The notes under the pieces are model-generated. The model was given only the letters and a program-made list of their open reading frames with translations, ran no database searches and had not been told where the DNA came from. A stretch of DNA of 64,000 nucleotides from Basidiobolus meristosporus CBS 931.73 (lineage: Eukaryota; Fungi; Basidiobolomycota), in the NCBI GenBank assembly GCA_002104905.1, contig MCFE01000232.1, positions 1 to 64,000 on the forward strand, written 5' to 3'. Shown in pieces: positions 11,338 to 25,022 of the stretch. Within the stretch, counting starts at the first letter, position 1; every line of letters starts with the position of its first letter. The translations under genes were made by a program, and so were the position numbers.

Positions 11338-14300
11338 TGTTGCAATTTAAGAAGTGATTTGAATATAAGGAACTTATCAAGTAATAGTGATAATAGTTGA
11401 ACTCTTGTTTATTGATAAAGAAGCTCAGTATTTATACCTTTGTAGAAGTAATACAGCTACAACACTAAGTAAGGAGGGTTTCTCAATATTCTGGAGCATT
11501 CTGTAACAGTTTCAGGGTTAGTACATAATAGTTAGTATTAGTGCTAATTTGATCCTGACTATAGGGGAATAATCATATGGTCATAGATCTGAAGAAAGTG
11601 GCAAATTTAGAGCTGTAAATTAGTCCCACAGTGGCCAAGATTAGTCCAGAATTGTTAAATATATTTTTAGCTGCAGAATGATACCAAATAGTCCAGTATT
11701 TCAACACTTCCCTTCAAATAATAATTTCCTAATCCTAATTCCTCCATGAGATTCTCAAATTGTGGCCTAGCTAGTGGTTTTGCCAATATATCTGCCTCCA
11801 TTTTGCTAGTGGCGCAGTACACTAACTCCACTAAGTTATTTTCTACAGCTTCCCTCACAAAGTGATGCTGTATATCAATGTGCTTAGTTCTGGCATGATT
11901 AGTAGGATTTCTAGCTAATGAAATACAACTTTGATTATCCTTGTAAATATATGTTGGTTCATCTGAATTAAAATCTAAGTCTTTGAATAATTTTTGTAGC
12001 CATATAGCCTCATTAGTTGCTTGACATGCTGCCATATATTCTGCTTCTGTTGTAGATAGGGCCACATTTGGTTGCTTCTTGCAATTCCAAGTAATAGCTG
12101 CACTAGCATAAAGAAATACACAGCCTGTGGTAGAGCATCCGTTAATCAGATCCTTACCCAATCTGAATCACTATGACCATCAAAATTTTGCCTATTAGCT
12201 GCTCCAGAGTATTCCAGTACCATATTTATGGTACCTTGTGGATATCCAAAAATCCGCTTAACTGCTGCAATTTGATCCAATCCATAATTCTGCATGAATT
12301 GACTGACTATTCCAGCTGCCACTGCAATATCAGGATGTGTAGATACCATCAGGTACATTAGACTACCAATCATTGATTGACAGGGAAAGTTTTAGTCCAC
12401 ATTTGAGCCATTTTTATCTATAACTGGCTGAGATTTTGTCTGTTTGAGTGCCTCTTGGTCACTTGTAGTTATAATTAGGTTGTCCATATAAAGAACCAGG
12501 ATGATCACACCCTTTATGAGCTGTTTCATAAATATACTGTGATCTGCAGTGCTATGAGAGAACCCAATTTCTTCTAGATATGTGTCAATCTTGTTATAGC
12601 ATGCTCTAGGTGTCTGCTTAAGCCCATACGCAAATTTTCTAAGTTTGCACACCTTATGGGGGACTTTTGGATTGGTAAAACCTTCTGGTTGCTTCATATA
12701 TATATTTTCTTGCAAATCCCCATTTAGAAAGGCTGTTTTGACATCCATTTGTGTGGATCTAAACTGTGTACAGCTGCCAGGACTAGACTATCCTAATGGA
12801 GTTAAACTTGGCAACCGGAGCAAATGTTTCCTTAAGGTCTAGTCCCTGAATCTGGGAATAGCCTTTAGCCACCAATCTAGCCTTGTACTTATTAATGGCA
12901 CCATTTGAGGTTATCTTGATCTTGTAGACCCATCTACATCCTATTGGCTTTCACCCATTTGGTAAATCTACCAGTTCCCACATTTTTGCCTTGATCAGTA
13001 GTTGTTACTCCTCCTGCATAGCTTGTTGCCACATAGTAGCATCTGGACTTTGCATTGCCTGTTCCAGATTCTGAAGCTTGGCACATAAGGCAAGATAGGC
13101 TTTGTCATGATCATTGGATGTCTGCCACCAGGTTCTAGGGGCATTTCTTATTCTGGTATCTCTCCAAGCTGGGATTATCTGTTCTGATTTGGAACTGGTA
13201 GAAGTATCTTCCGTATCTGGCTGAATTTGGTATGTATCATCTTCATTAGTGTTGATTGCATCATCAGGCAGCTGTCAAATGATATCTGTGGCTTTCTGAT
13301 CTGAATTCTCCTCAAATAAAACATCTCTGCGCTTGATCAGCTTCTGAATTTTGCCATCATACACCCTATATCCTTTAGTATCTTCACAATACCCTATAAA
13401 GATCCCTTTCCTATTCTTTGGTTCCAGTTTTGAGTGTTTTTTGTCAAGGATGTGATAATAAACATCACTGCCAAAGATCATGAGGTGCTGGAGATCTGGT
13501 TTTTTGCCTCTATATGCTTCAAAGTTTGTAAAATCACATAGTGCTGTTGTTCGGCATCTGTTCTTGATGTATACAGTGGTAGCAACAGATTCAGCCCAAA
13601 ACCTGTAGTCCGTTTGCTTATCATGTAGCATAGATCTTCCCATCTGTATATTGTTCTGTTTGCACATTCTGCTACTCCATTTGCTGTGGAGTATGAGAAA
13701 CTGTGGTTTGTTGAAGTATAGCAGTAGACAAGCAGTATTTTACAAACTCCTTTGAACAGTATTCTCCTCCATTGTCACATTGTAGTACCTTCAGTTTACA
13801 CCCAGTTTGTGTTTCTGCCATGCTATTGAAGTGCCTAATTGTCTCTAAAGCTTCATCCTTTGTTTTGAGGAAGTACACCCGCACATATCTTGTTTTGTTA
13901 TCAATAAATGTCATAAAGTTTCTCTTGGCTCCAAAGCACAGTGCTCTCATGGGGCCACATATGGCTGAGTGCACAAAAGCCAATATTTTGGTGGTATTGA
14001 TGCCTTCTGAGCTCTTGAAACATTGACTAGCTTGTTTGCCATATGAACATCCCTTACAAACATTCAATTTGATTGGAATTGAGTATTTCAGGCCAAAAAC
14101 AAGCCAAATTTTCACCAATTGGCTCATTTTCTGCTCCCCAATTTGTCCTAGCCTCCTGTGCCATGTCTCCCAGTTGGTGTCATCAGTTTCAGCAATGTTG
14201 ACATATTCAGGTGCAATGATCTTGCATTGTAACTTGTATATATTGTGATCTCTGATTCCCAAAGCTAACTTCTATCAATTTGCACTCAATATTGAGCAGC

Positions 14301-15814
14301 TCATCTTAATAAAAACAAATTTCAGCTCCTGAGCAGTTGCTTTACTGACTGAGAGTAGGTTCTTAGCTATTACAGGTACGTAGAGTATGTCAGTAAGTCT
14401 TGCTGTTGTTGCCCCTGAGCTATTGCTCATATTTAGTTGTATAGACCCACTTGCAGTAGCTTCCAGAGCAGAGTTATCTCCCAGATAAACCTTTCTTACA
14501 GGAGTAGTCTTTAAGTTGCTGAACCACTTCTTTATACCACAAATATGCTGTGATGCTCAAGAGTCAATAAACCATTCATTACTTTGGTTACTTGCACTCT
14601 CTTGTACGGTTACAAATAACTACTCATCAGTAGTTATATAGTTTGCCTGCACTAGTTTCTGCTTTTTGTCTGCATGTTTCTTCTTGCATTCGCTTGCCCA
14701 GTGTCTTGGCTTTTTACAATAGTTGCAGCAACCAGGTTTTCTTTGGTTTGTTGCTTTCCCTTCTTTTCTGGGTACATTTCTGAACTGAATAAAGCAATAT
14801 CTTTGATTTTCTCTGCTCAATTGTTACATCTGAGTTCTTCATGGAGAGGTCTTGCTTTGACATAGTCTAAAGTCAAATTGTCTTCTCTGCTTTCAAAAGA
14901 AAGTATGAGTGGCTCATACTTGTCTGGTAGGCTGCAAGCAGACAGAATATCTTTTCTTCATCATCTACACAAGCATTAATACTGTAAAGTTCTTCTGCAA
15001 GTGTCTCCATTCTAGCAATGAGTTGTTGCATGTCATCATCTAGCTTCTTCCCCATGTTGAAAAGCTTTTGTTTTAAATAAAGTTTGCTTGACACTGACTT
15101 TGCTCTAAAGATCTTCTCTGAGGATTCCCATGCTACTTTTGCAGTATTTGAGGCATGGATTTGTCCAATGAAGGAATCTTGCACATTGATACATATGGCA
15201 TTGAAGGCAATTCTCTCCTTCTCTTGAAACATCTGCACTTCTTCTGCTGTTCCTTTGGGCTCAACTTCTTTTGCTGTTACTATATTCCAAAGCTTCCTTT
15301 CCTTGTGGTGGATCTGCATCTTGAATCCCCAAAGTCTGTAGTTCTTTCCATCAAACCTCTCTTTTACAGGGAAAATGTTTGTGTTGCTCTGTTTGCTGGT
15401 AGAAGTCATCTTTAGAGTAGAATAAAGCAATTGGGGCTCATAACCTGTTGCAATTATAGAAGTGAGTTGGATATAAGGAACTTATCAAGAAATAGTGATA
15501 ATAGTTGAACTCTTATTTATTAATTAAGAAGCTCAGTATTTGTAGTTTTGCAGAAGTAATACAGCTATAACACTAAGTAAGGAGGGTTTCTCAATATTCT
15601 GGAGCAATCTATAACAGTTTCAGGGTTGGTAAATAATAGTTAGTATTAGTGCTAATTTGATCCTGACTATAGGGGAATAATCATAAGTTCATAGATCTGA
15701 AGAAAGTGGTAAAGTTAGAGCTGTAAATTAGTCCCACAGTGACCAAGACTAGTTCAGAATTGTTAAGTAGATATTTGGCTGCAGAATGATACCAAATAGT
15801 CCAGTATTTCAACA
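11338..15814 (-). mobile_element. Ty1/Copia LTR retrotransposon family A, full-length structure (4.48 kb), inactivated
   Basis: 369-bp LTRs at 11338-11706 and 15446-15814 (TG...CA, roughly 90% identical by eye). PBS GGTTATGAGCCCC at 15433-15445; PPT GAAGGGAAG next to 11707. Order is gag (CNYCKKPRHWASEC), PR, GAG-pre/INT, RT (MDVKTAFLNG, LYMDNL), RH (KHIDIQHHFVRE). No matching TSD. Confidence 0.93.
15433..15445 (-). promoter_or_regulatory. Primer-binding site complementary to the anticodon stem-loop of initiator tRNA-Met (Ty5/copia type)
   Basis: GGTTATGAGCCCC immediately follows the 5' LTR. The same PBS occurs in family D at 34516, 38246, 41140 and 45225. Confidence 0.8.
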
Positions 15815-15849
15815 GCCACTCTTAGCAGAACACCATAGAAACACTGTTA

Positions 15850-16535
15850 TGTTTTTAATTTTGTTTGGCTGTAAAATTAGCCAAACACTGATGTGATCCC
15901 ATCTTAAGATTGTGTAGATGGTCATTAATTATAAGCTGCTGGTATTATAGTGGTCTCCTCACAGAAGCTTGATGGCTGATTCAGATTGGATATACTTGCA
16001 GGACAAAGTTACTTTTCATGAGGTTTGATGGCAAACATTACAACAACTAAGAAGCAAGGGCCACTTTGAAGGTATATCTCACCATGCCTTTGCCTTGGCA
16101 CCAGATGGGTGTTCATATAGCGAGTGCTCTACCAGCAAATCCAGCTGACCAGTGATTCTCATCAACCTGAATTTGCCACCTATCTTATGGTGTCAAAGCA
16201 GAAATCTGATGGCAGTCTCACTGGTATCTTGGCCTCAATCATTGTCCAACCTGAACAGCTACCTGTATTCATTGCGGGATGAATTTTGTATGCTTACCAG
16301 TTGGCTTCAAATTAATGGCCTTCATATCAAAGTGCATATCACTATATGTATTGGAGATACCTCAGCCATCAGCAAAATAGCCAGATTTTCTGGGCACAAT
16401 GGGTGGTGTTGTCATCAAATGTGTGCAATTCAGGAGATTTACTCCATAATGCACACACATTATTTTAATGCAAACATCAACACCAAAAATATTATCTTCC
16501 CATAGAGAAAACATACCAAAGTCAGCATGCAGTTT
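15850..16535 (+). mobile_element. CACTA right-end fragment (ends about 16023) abutting a transposase-core fragment of another copy (16024-16535)
   Basis: AAAGTTACTTTTCATGAGG terminus, then FDGKHY...ILINLNLPPILW...GDTSAISKIARFSGHNG (ORF 16152-16505). Confidence 0.75.
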
Positions 16536-19500
16536 TGTGTATAGCCGCTCAAATCCCGTTACAAACTCCTTACACAACAGCTGTAGGTGTGACAAGTTGG
16601 CATTGCTGATATGCTTCTGGATAGATATGCCCACAATGTCTACATATGACTCTCAATGCTTCCAATGTTTTATTGGTAGGTATGGCTTTAGAACACTACT
16701 TGAATAAATACATATCCAGTTCATCCAGTCTTTGCATTTGTATTGTTGCATATGTGTATGAGTATTGATTTGAGCCTGTGAGAAGTACTTGGAGTAGCAG
16801 ATACTCTGTATTATCTTGCCAATTCTTTCAATTGTCTCTGGTATCTTAAAGGATTTATTTAGTTAGAAGTTCCCCATGTATTACTTAGTCAGCAGTATAG
16901 GGACATTGTTGAAAAGAAAATGCATTGCTCCCAGTGGAATGCTTTTGCTCCAACAGATACCCAATGTATTAAGTATCTCTGGTTTCCATGGCCTCATATT
17001 TCAGCCAATGGCTTATAGCTTGCCAACCTTGATGTAATTGCATGCTTACCTTTGTACACTCTTTCAGTGGGAAGATGATGTTCCTAGTGTCAGTGTTTGG
17101 GTAATAATAATGTGCTTGGGTTATGGAGTAAATCCCCTGGATCTTGCACGTTTGACAGCAATACTGCCCATTGTGCCCAGTAAAGCCAACTATCTGGCTG
17201 ATGCCTGGGGTATCTCCAATGCAGAAAATAATATGCACTTTGACATGACAGTCATTTGCTGTTATCCCACTGGAAAGCACACAAAATTCATCCAGCAATG
17301 AATACAGGTAGCTATCCAGGCTGGACAATGTTTTAGGCCCAGGTACTGGTGAGACTACCATCAGATTTAGCTCTGATATGGCAAGATAGGCAGCAAGTTC
17401 AGGTTGATGAGAAGTAATGACAAGCTGGATTTGCTGGTAGAGTACTTATTTAATGAGAATCCATCAAGTGCTAAAACAAAGGCATGGTCATCCATACCTT
17501 TAAAGTAGCCCTGGCTTCTAGCTATTTGTAATGTTTGCCATCAAATATATTAGATATGTTTGCGCTTGATTGACACTGGATGCGGTACTTTATAGCTTTG
17601 CAATATTTGTTGGACTGCATAAGCTTCTTTAGACAGGGTACTACCAGAATGTATCTGGAGCGTGAACAATGTTTTCCCTCAATGGTAGTTGGATCCTGAC
17701 AATGTGGACACATTGCAATGGTGGTATTTCTAGATGTAAATGCCATGTAGCTTTTAGCACATGCTGGAATCAGGACAGTCTCTGGGTCATATATTGCTAG
17801 CCACATGACGGTTGTCCACTTTTACCATGTATATTGCAAGTTGCATCCTGTAATTATTTTAACAAAAAGTAGCGGTAACTCCCCAGAGCCCCTTACTTTC
17901 TATTTGTTTTAACAGGTACTATCTTATTGCATACTGGGACTTGACCAGGCTCATGCATGGTACTGTTGTTAGGGGAGATAGGCTCACAATCCATCAGTGA
18001 GCCTTCTTTGTCAGAGCTATCATTCCGCATGCCATATTCAGAAGGCTGAGTTGAGCCTAAAGGTGTCACAAACTCACCAGACTCAGTTTGAGTAAGATTA
18101 CAACAATGGCCAGGTGCTGTTATAGAAGTATCCACTAGCTTGCAATAAAATGTTGTTACATTAGTGACTGATGTATGGTCAAATATGACTTGTATGGCAA
18201 AATACTGGCTGTGATCCTTGTAAAACTTCCTATGGTGTCTGTGTGCTTCCTGGCTGAGAGGCTTGCTTCAGTACACATGGTCTTTTTCCTCTTCTCCTAT
18301 GGTGTCAAATAAAAGTAGTCTTATCCATGGGGCAAACAGTTTGACCCTCAACAATGTAACGCTATTTTATCACTTTTTGGTCAATACTAATGTGAATTTA
18401 AGATCCTCTTGTATTTGAGATGTTGCACCTACATGCATGTAAGTCTCAATAATGACCTGTTATAGTAAGCATTATTATTAAAGTTGTGGCACCACATACC
18501 AATGTATATGTAACATTATTTCCCCTTTGTTTTGACTCACTTCCATCTATATGCTGCAAAAGAATAAAGTCAAGTCATCTGGTTCCCAACCAAACCCTAC
18601 TGCTGATGGCAGTAGAGGAACAGCTGGACAACAGCTTGCTTTGACATTCAGTGCAACAAGCAGGGCTACATTCAAAAAAGGCCATGTTTACAGTATGCCC
18701 ACTGAAGGTGATAATGTGGACTCCTTAGGCTCTCAGCCAAGTATGCAATTGAGGACCTCTGCAGAGCCAGAAGTCGACTGCTATGCTCTGGCAGATGAGA
18801 GTGTGGCAAATGCAGTACCATCAGTTGAAGACCAGGAAGTGTTCATCATAACAACACCACTACCTGTATTAGCAAGTATATTGTACGCTCATACCAAAGT
18901 TGACAGAGTGACAATACCACTGACAGACAAGATCCCAATGCCAGGTGCTCAAAAGACTATCACAATGCCTTTGGTTGAATTCTGGAACATTAATAGGCAC
19001 ACCTAGCAGTTGCAGCACTTCTTCAAGAGCAGTGCTCAAGAAAACACACTGGAACATTGCAAGGATTTATTGCAAAGACTGGCAGATGAGGTGCTAGACC
19101 TTGCAGTGCTGGCTGAAGACCAGAATTTGTAGGAACCAGTAACTGAACAGTGCCATTGAGCCATTGGGTTCCTGCTGCAGTCATGGTAGCAGAGAGTTTC
19201 AGCAGAAATACTTATTGAAGGGTGGATTTCAATGGAGTTGCTTGTTGAGTGTAGGGTAGAGGGACTGGTATAGGACAAGATAATTGGCAACTGAAGTGCA
19301 ACGGAAGTTTCAACAGAAATAATCAATTTGTATGCATAGAAATAAGAGAAATGGTTGAGTCAGGAAGTAAGAAGTGTGAGAAGGAGGCAATAGCCTATTA
19401 ATGCACACAAATGTAAGAGGTGATGCAGTGTCTGGGACCAGAAAGCAAGTAAATTGGCAGGGAACCAATCAAACACCATTAATGTATTATTGAGATGAAA

Positions 19501-19650
19501 AAATTCAACCAAGCTTTTTGTGGAAGCTGAGGTGTATTATTTTTCAACAGTCTCTTCATGGTGTCCTGACAGAATCAGTACTTCTTAGTCACAGGACTTT
19601 GAATTTGTGATTGCCTTTTGATGGGATCATCACAATAATTTTTCATAGGG
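16536..19650 (-). mobile_element. CACTA-like copy in reverse orientation with intact left TIR, internally deleted accessory gene and 3'-truncated transposase
   Basis: TIR CAATAATTTTTCATAGGG ends at 19650. Transposase ATG at 18328 (-) and accessory ATG at 18551 (+). A deletion junction lies near 18895. Confidence 0.85.
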
Positions 19651-19779
19651 TTTCTTCCTATATAAGAATATTGGCTGTCAAGTCTGCTCTGAAAAATGTA
19701 GAGGACATTAAGACTGTCAGAATGCTCTTCAACTCACATCAAAAGACTGCTTAAACACTGTCAAGTTTTTTAATGTGTT

Positions 19780-20113
19780 TGGCAGAAGTTTTGCAATAAA
19801 TCCTTGTAAAACTCAGGTGCATTCTCTTGAATAAAGCTCTTGATGATTTGCTGCAACCTTTTTCTCAGCCAATAATTGCCCCAAAACTCCACTCTAGTTC
19901 CAATGAGTTGTTGACATTTTTGCTTTGTCTGTTAGTGGGTTCTCTATTCTGTCTACAACAGAGCACGTGGAGGCAGTGGTGGACAAACCACTGTTCCCTG
20001 CAAGCTCATCTACCTCACTAAAGAATAGCACAACTGACTGAGCTTCTAACTCCTGAAAAAACAGCTTTTGTCTTGTTGGTAATCTTCTTTGCTATTATAT
20101 GATTCTGCCTGTT
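19780..20113 (+). mobile_element. Diverged CACTA accessory-gene fragment
   Basis: Degenerate match to about 290-640 of copy 1. Confidence 0.55.
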
Positions 20114-23100
20114 TGTTACAAATCTTGGTAAAGAAATGTAGAGTAATTGGGAGTTTAGCTAGCATTGTATTCATTAAAACTTTATCTGATTTTTACTGAG
20201 GTTCCAGCATCTCCTTTTATACATTTTGCTAGATCAATTGCTAACTAATTGTATTTCCTAATGTAGGCTGTGGCTGATGACACATTTGATTGCATTGTCA
20301 TCACTTAATACAATCCTACTTAAAATATCTATTTCTGTCTGATAAGAATCTGCTGACTCATTTGCTACCTAATGCTACTGATTTGATAGATAATATTGAT
20401 ATTCTGATAAGCTAAACATATAAATAATTGATTTGACTTAAAACAGATCTAACTTTAACATTCAAGCAGTAGATCATAACATTCTCCCCTACTAAAGTTG
20501 AGAGGGTTCTCCTGAATCTCTTTTCTTGTGATACCAGTATCTTGATGGTTCAGTATTATCAGCAAGTCTTCGCAAGATTGAGTCTGTCCCTATGCACTAA
20601 GTCTTCCCAGATATTACCTTGTTTGTCCACTAGTTGGTAAGTTGCAAATGGACATTCTCCAATGATCTTGAATGGTCCTGTCCATTGTGGCTCAAACTCC
20701 TTCCAAGTGTTGTTTCTTAGCAACACAAAGTTCCCAACTGTCAATACTTCTGGTGCTATAGTCTTATGAAATCTCTGCTTCATCATTTCTGCACTTTGAG
20801 ATACTTTGGTCTGTCCCTCTTGATGTCTTTGTTCCAACTGCTGGTGTCTACTTGGCCTACTGAGCTTATCTTCTAAGGTGTCTGTAAGCTTGGGTTGTGT
20901 GAGATGTCCTGGAATCCTTGGTTCACCTCCATGCACTAAGTAAAATGGCAATTCTTAGGTGGTGTTGTGTACTCTCACTCTGTATGCAAAGAGTGCTTAG
21001 TCTATATACTTGTCCCATCTACTGACAACTCCATTAGCATACTTGGTCAGCATTCTTCCACATAATCTATTGAGCTGTACAGTGACTCCATTAGTTCTGG
21101 GGTGATATATCAAGGTTCTCAAGTGTTTGATCTGCTCCATTTCCAGGTAAGCTTCCAGTGTCTTTGCCATAAAGTTTGCACCTCTATTGGATACAATCTC
21201 TGCAGGGCATCTAAACTTCAAAAGGATCTCATGGTAGAAAAACTTGCAACTTCTTGCTCACTGGCTATAGGTACAGCTTTAGCAACTGGCCATTTAGTGG
21301 CATGGTCAATTGCTTTTAGGATCCAATGGTTGCTTTTGCTGGTAGTTGGCAGTCTTCAAATAAAGTCAATTCCCTATCTTTCAACTGTTCTTACTGGCTC
21401 TAAGGGAAAGAGTTTGCAATTCTTTGTGGCTGGCCTTGATTGATTTGGCAGAGTGGGTGGGTTTTCACTAGCTTCTCAATGTCATGTTTCATTCTGGGCC
21501 ACCATGCTCTGGCTTTCACAGGGCTATAGGTTCCTTCAATTCCAAGATGTCCATATCCATTGTGTAGCTTATGTATTAAATCCATGCAAGCAACATATGG
21601 GCAATAGGCAATAGGGCTTCCATCAACAATTTGGTAGAGTGTTTCATCCTGTACTACAAATTTGCTGGCTTCATCCTGGATTATCTTCTTGATATCTTCA
21701 TCCACCTCATTTGGAATGGCTTGGTCCTCCAAGTACTTTGGTAATAGGCTAGCCCAATCTGATTCATGCACCAAGTTGAGTTGTGCAACTTGTTCTAATC
21801 TTGATGAGTCATCAGCAACCATGTTGTTTTTCCCAGGGCAGTAGACAATCTCCAAATCAAACTAGTGAATGTATTCACTCCATCTTGTCATTCTGCTAGA
21901 GAGTACCTTCTGAGTAAATATATACTTGAGAGAGGCATGATCAGTCTTCACAGCGCATTTGACTCCTTCAATATGACATCTCCATGTTTTCAAGCAGTGT
22001 GTTATAGCAAGCATCTCCTTCTCACGCACTGGATAGTTTTGTTCTGCTGAGTTCAGTTTCTTGGATTCAAAGACAACAGGGTATTCCTTTCCCTTGTGTT
22101 CTTGGCTCAGCACTCAACCAATTGCATAGTCTGAAGCATCTGTGCACAGAGTAAACTCTTTTCTGAAGTCAGGTATTCTTAAGCTTGGTAGCTTATCAAG
22201 TTCATTGTTCAGCATCTGAAAGGCAGTCTCACAAACCATGTCCCACTTGTAAGTATTGTCTTGCTTGGGGATATCAGTTGAAGGGGATGCAATACTTGCA
22301 AAGAACTTGACAAATCTTTGATAATAGGAGACCATTCCAAGGAATGATCTGAGTTATGCTATGCTATGGCGCTGCTTCAGATTCTTGATAACTTCAACCT
22401 TCTTAGGGTCTAAGGTTACTCCTGTGCTAGTCATTATGTGTCCCAGATATTCTATGTGTTCCGTGAAGCGGTGACACTTTGGTTGCTTGCCATAAAGCTT
22501 GTTCTCTCTTAGCTTCTTCAAGACCTTTTCAATGCACACCAAGTGATCCACTTCTGTCTTGCTGTATATCAATATATCATCTAGGTAGATTACCACAAAC
22601 TTGTCTAAGTACTCCTGGAAGACATTCTGCCTCAGGGTCATGAATGTTGCAGGGGCATTGGTGAGGCCTAAACTCATTACCAAATACTTGTAATGTCCAT
22701 ATCTGGTCTTGAATGCTGTCTTAGGGATGTCTTCTGGCTACATCCTTATCTAGTTGTATCCTGACATTAGGTCAATCTTGCAGAGTATAGTGGCTCCATT
22801 GAGTTGGTTCAAAAGCTCATCAACTCAAGGTATGGGGTACTTATTCTTCACAGCAACTGAGTTGAGGGCTCTGTAGTCAATGCACATCTTGAGTGTTCCA
22901 TCCTTCTTCTTTGTAAAAGTAATGGTGCTCCCCAATGTGACTTGCTGGGTCTGATATATTTTTGCTCCAGTAACTGATCTATTTGTCTCTTCATCTCTTC
23001 CAACTTCAATGGACTCATTCTGTAAGGTGTCTTACTCACTGGAGAGCTATCTCCTATTTCAATGGCATGATTCACATCTCTGACTGGTGGTAGGCTTACA

Positions 23101-24070
23101 AGCTTATCTGGAAATACGTCTGAATATTCCTTCAAAAGGGTCTGGACCTTCTGGGATACTGGAGTAGAGGAATCCTCCTATAATACTGCCATGAGGAACA
23201 TCTGAGTGCCTTTTCTTAGTGCTCTACAGAACTGTGTCTTGCTAAGTTCACTTGTTTCACACACACTGGAATTGACCTAGCTAAAAACCAGTCTGGCAGG
23301 TGATAGCTCATTGGTCTTGTTGTCCTTCTGGATCTGAGTAGTACGGGTTCTCCAGTTGATTGATGGATTCCAACAAAATAACCAGGTTTTCCCATGTACA
23401 AGGTCAAACTTGCAGTTCACAAATATGTAGGCCTTTAGATTTTCTTCACAGTTGTTGATCTTCATCCTTACTGGCTGAGTAATACAATTGATTATGTGAG
23501 AGTTCCCATCAGCTGCAGAGACTGAAGTTGATTTGATGGGTTCCAAGTAGATTCCAGCTTTCAAAGCAAATTGCTCTGACATGTACTGATGCATTGCTCC
23601 TGAGTCAATCACCTTGAGCTTGGCCTTGGGCTCCTGAGGATTCTGATACAATTTACAAAGTGATTTGGATATAAGGAACTTATCAAGAAATAGTGATTAT
23701 AGTTGAACTGTTGTTTAATCATGAAGAGGCTTAGTATTTATATCTTTGTAGAAGTAGTGCCACTCCAAAACTTAATAAGAAGGGTTTCTCAACATTCAGG
23801 AGCATTTTCTAATAGTTTCAGGATCAGTACATAATGCTTGGTGAAAAGTGTTATTTTGATCTTGACTATAGGGGAAGATCATAGAATTGTGGATCTAAAG
23901 AAACCGGCAAAGTTAGGGCTCTAAATTAGTCCTAGAGTGACCAAGACTAGTCTAGGGTTGTTAAGTAAACTTTTAGCTGATGAATGATACCAAATAATCC
24001 AATGTTTCAACAGATCTCATGGTATGCCTGACTCAAGGTGATGGCATGCTAGACATCCAACACCCTCAGG
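20114..24070 (-). mobile_element. Ty3/Gypsy LTR retrotransposon, 5'-truncated (3' LTR, PPT and pol), inactivated
   Basis: 3' LTR at 20114-20481 with PPT GTAGGGGAGAA. Domain order is PR (VIDSGA), RT (YLDDIL), RH (DASDYAIG...EKEMLAI), INT (HNGYGHLG...WWPRM, YHPRTNG, WTGPF). No gag or 5' LTR seen. Confidence 0.92.
23644..24012 (-). mobile_element. Solo LTR of Copia family A inserted upstream of the Gypsy protease
   Basis: 369 bp, homologous to 11338-11706. Flanks GATTC and GATCT are a plausible decayed TSD. Confidence 0.85.
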
Positions 24071-24532
24071 AGTGTTAGCCCACTCTTCATTGTTGTGCTC
24101 AATTGCTTTACTGCTCTTCAATGCCATTGATTTCTAGGCTTGGGTATAAGCACCACAGTCTGTCCCTCCCATGCTGTGATAGGTTTTTTGTGGGCTTAAT
24201 GCTTGGGCACTGTTGTGGTGCTTCAAGGACTGTACAGTGTTCCTCTGATGTTACATTGGAAAGTGATTCAATTCTTAGCTGTAATATAAAGTACTCAAGT
24301 TCATTCTTTGCATCAATGATACTATGCTCTCAGCCTGGGATTTTGATTCCTCTACACATATTGTTTGCTTAACATATCTCTGGACTATTTTCTGACTTCT
24401 CTAGCCCATTGCATCTATGCTATCAGCCATTGCAGCTAATTGCTGCATTAATGCATTGGTATTGACTAACAACATACTTGCTAATACAGGTGGAGTTGAT
24501 GTTATTAAGGCCACTTGCTGGTCTCCAACTAA
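24071..24532 (+). mobile_element. CACTA accessory-gene fragment (host of the full-length copy's left end)
   Basis: Matches about 1365-1830 of copy 1 and is cut exactly at the left TIR of the next element. Confidence 0.7.
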
Positions 24533-25022
24533 CGCCATGAAAAATTATTGTGATGAACCTATCAAAAGGCTGTCACTAAGCTAAAGTCCTGTGACTCAGA
24601 GGTACTGATCCCATCAGGACACCGTCCAGAGACTGCTGAAAAATAATTGCACCCCAGATTTCACAAAAAACTTAGTCAAAATTTTTCATCACAACAATAT
24701 ATAAGTGGCTTTTAATTGGTTCCCTGCCAATTTGCTCACTTTCTGATCCCAAACACTCTATTTCCTCCTACATTTGTGTGCATTGATTGGATATTGCCTC
24801 TTTTTCACACTCCTTACTCCATGACTCAACTGTTTCTCTTACTCTTTATGCATACAAATTGATATATTGCTGTTGAAACTTCAGTTGTACCTTGATTGCC
24901 AATTGTATTGACCTATACAAGTCCCTATACCCTACACTTACACTTAGCCCAACCCTACACTCAACAAGTAACTCCATTAATATCCACCACTCCATAAGTA
25001 TTCCTGTGGTAACACTCTGGTT

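Noticed and set aside
24013-24070. CLACHH peptide as a remnant of the Gypsy gag zinc knuckle
   Set aside because: Too short and lacking the full CX2CX4HX4C spacing.
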